In this document: piece after piece, positions 34,505-35,232 of the stretch
Layout: each line of letters opens with the position of its first letter
Position numbering within the stretch: position 1 is the first letter of the stretch
Assembly (NCBI GenBank): GCA_001779195.1
Contig: MFJL01000044.1
Span: 19,199-54,430, forward strand
DNA: 35,232 nucleotides
Direction: 5' to 3'
Source: Candidatus Gottesmanbacteria bacterium RIFCSPHIGHO2_02_FULL_39_11
GTDB taxonomy: Bacteria > Patescibacteriota > Microgenomatia > 2-02-FULL-39-11
Made by a program: the position numbers and the translations under genes
Notes under the pieces: model-generated
What the model saw: only the letters and a program-made list of their open reading frames with translations
What the model was told of the DNA's origin: nothing
Database searches by the model: none

Positions 34505-35232
34505 ATGAAAAAAATCAAAATACCACCTATTTTAGAAAAGGTAATCATCGGAGGTGTAATTATTCTTCTTTTCACAACACTTAAAGGAACACGCGGCAAT
34601 CCGTCACCTGAGTACATTTATGATCATCTTCGGTTCGCAGGACAGCCGTTTGAACTTTCTCCCGAGAGAAACCGATACTCTCAGCTTCTTTCTTTATGGA
34701 AATATCACTCATATACATTGCCTACGGAAGTCGCGCGAATTGTTGTTCCGGATTTGGGATACATAAATGGACATTATGTTTCGTTGTACCCTCCTGGGTT
34801 TCTCCTGCTTGCTACTCCCTTCTTTCTGATAGGAGACATGATTCAGGCTGCACAACTTTTTACTTCCTTATTGGTGCTCATATTTGGCTTTTTGTCATTT
34901 TTTCTTATTATCCGGATTTGTTCGGTATTGAAGATAAATAGACAAATAAGTTTCCTCTCTGCGTTTCTCTTTATTTTCGGGACAAATGCATGGGCATACA
35001 CCTCAAGCATATACCAACATCTTATTACAACAGTAATTCTACTTGGGATCATTCGTCTTCTCCTATGCAAATCTACTTTTATAAGAAATACAATTATCTG
35101 GTTTCTCTTCGGTCTTCTTATGATAACAGACTATCCGAACGCTATTATTGCCCTTCCTCTTGGAATGTTATTTTTTATGTCTAATGTCACCTATGAAAAA
35201 AAAGAAAGATCTGCTCGTGTGTCTCTTTTTTT
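34505..35232 (+). CDS. Multi-TM membrane protein, GT-C-like; 3'-partial
   Basis: Not in the ORF track because it has no stop. Manual translation is open to the edge: MKKIKIPP...PFELSPERNRY...PDLGYINGHYVSLYPPG...FIFGTNAWAYTSSIYQH...TDYP, with several TM helices. Confidence 0.7.
   Translation, partial: MKKIKIPPILEKVIIGGVIILLFTTLKGTRGNPSPEYIYDHLRFAGQPFELSPERNRYSQLLSLWKYHSYTLPTEVARIVVPDLGYINGHYVSLYPPGFLLLATPFFLIGDMIQAAQLFTSLLVLIFGFLSFFLIIRICSVLKINRQISFLSAFLFIFGTNAWAYTSSIYQHLITTVILLGIIRLLLCKSTFIRNTIIWFLFGLLMITDYPNAIIALPLGMLFFMSNVTYEKKERSARVSLF

Noticed and set aside
34696-35184. ORFs 34696-34941, 34843-35070 and 34990-35184
   Set aside because: They are out-of-frame or antisense overlaps of the open frame starting at 34505.
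1-35232. CRISPR array, rRNA, or recoded TGA (genetic code 25)
   Set aside because: No regularly spaced repeats or rRNA-like tracts were seen. TGA ends many full-length genes with ATGA overlaps, which supports code 11.

Overview
AT-rich bacterial window using genetic code 11, dominated by cell-surface glycan biosynthesis. Gene style, surface-protein tails and repeat types suggest a Patescibacteria/CPR (Microgenomates-like) genome; this is inference. (1) 1-20304 is a mostly minus-strand, translationally coupled glycan cluster: Wzx flippase, GT2/GT4 glycosyltransferases, a GT-C-like membrane protein, WecB, a VioA-like aminotransferase, a formyltransferase-methyltransferase fusion, a polysaccharide deacetylase and methyltransferases. 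It is interrupted by a plus-strand pair, an FNR-like flavin reductase and a B12-binding radical SAM enzyme. It ends in the most notable module: methyltransferase, CDP-alcohol phosphotransferase, and a >815 aa gene missed by the ORF track (1-2447, runs off the edge) that fuses an HxGH cytidylyltransferase to a homologue of the Campylobacter jejuni L-glutamine kinase Cj1418. This is a candidate phosphoramidate (P-N) surface-modification pathway with a non-Campylobacter architecture. (2) 20365-26832 holds Fn3 surface proteins, a sortase next to its LAxTG substrate, a stand-alone riboflavin kinase, tRNA-Thr(CGT) with a 1.13 kb integrase-less islet (31-bp att-like repeat, Bro-N gene), a truncated ICMT-family gene, an alpha/beta hydrolase and nested palindromic repeats. 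(3) 26948-35232 is a plus-strand CDP-sugar cluster: C-methyltransferase, RmlC-like epimerase, DUF4910, SDR, GT2, RfbF, NAD epimerase/dehydratase, FkbM methyltransferase and a partial GT-C-like gene. All family calls come from motif recognition by eye; no database searches were run.
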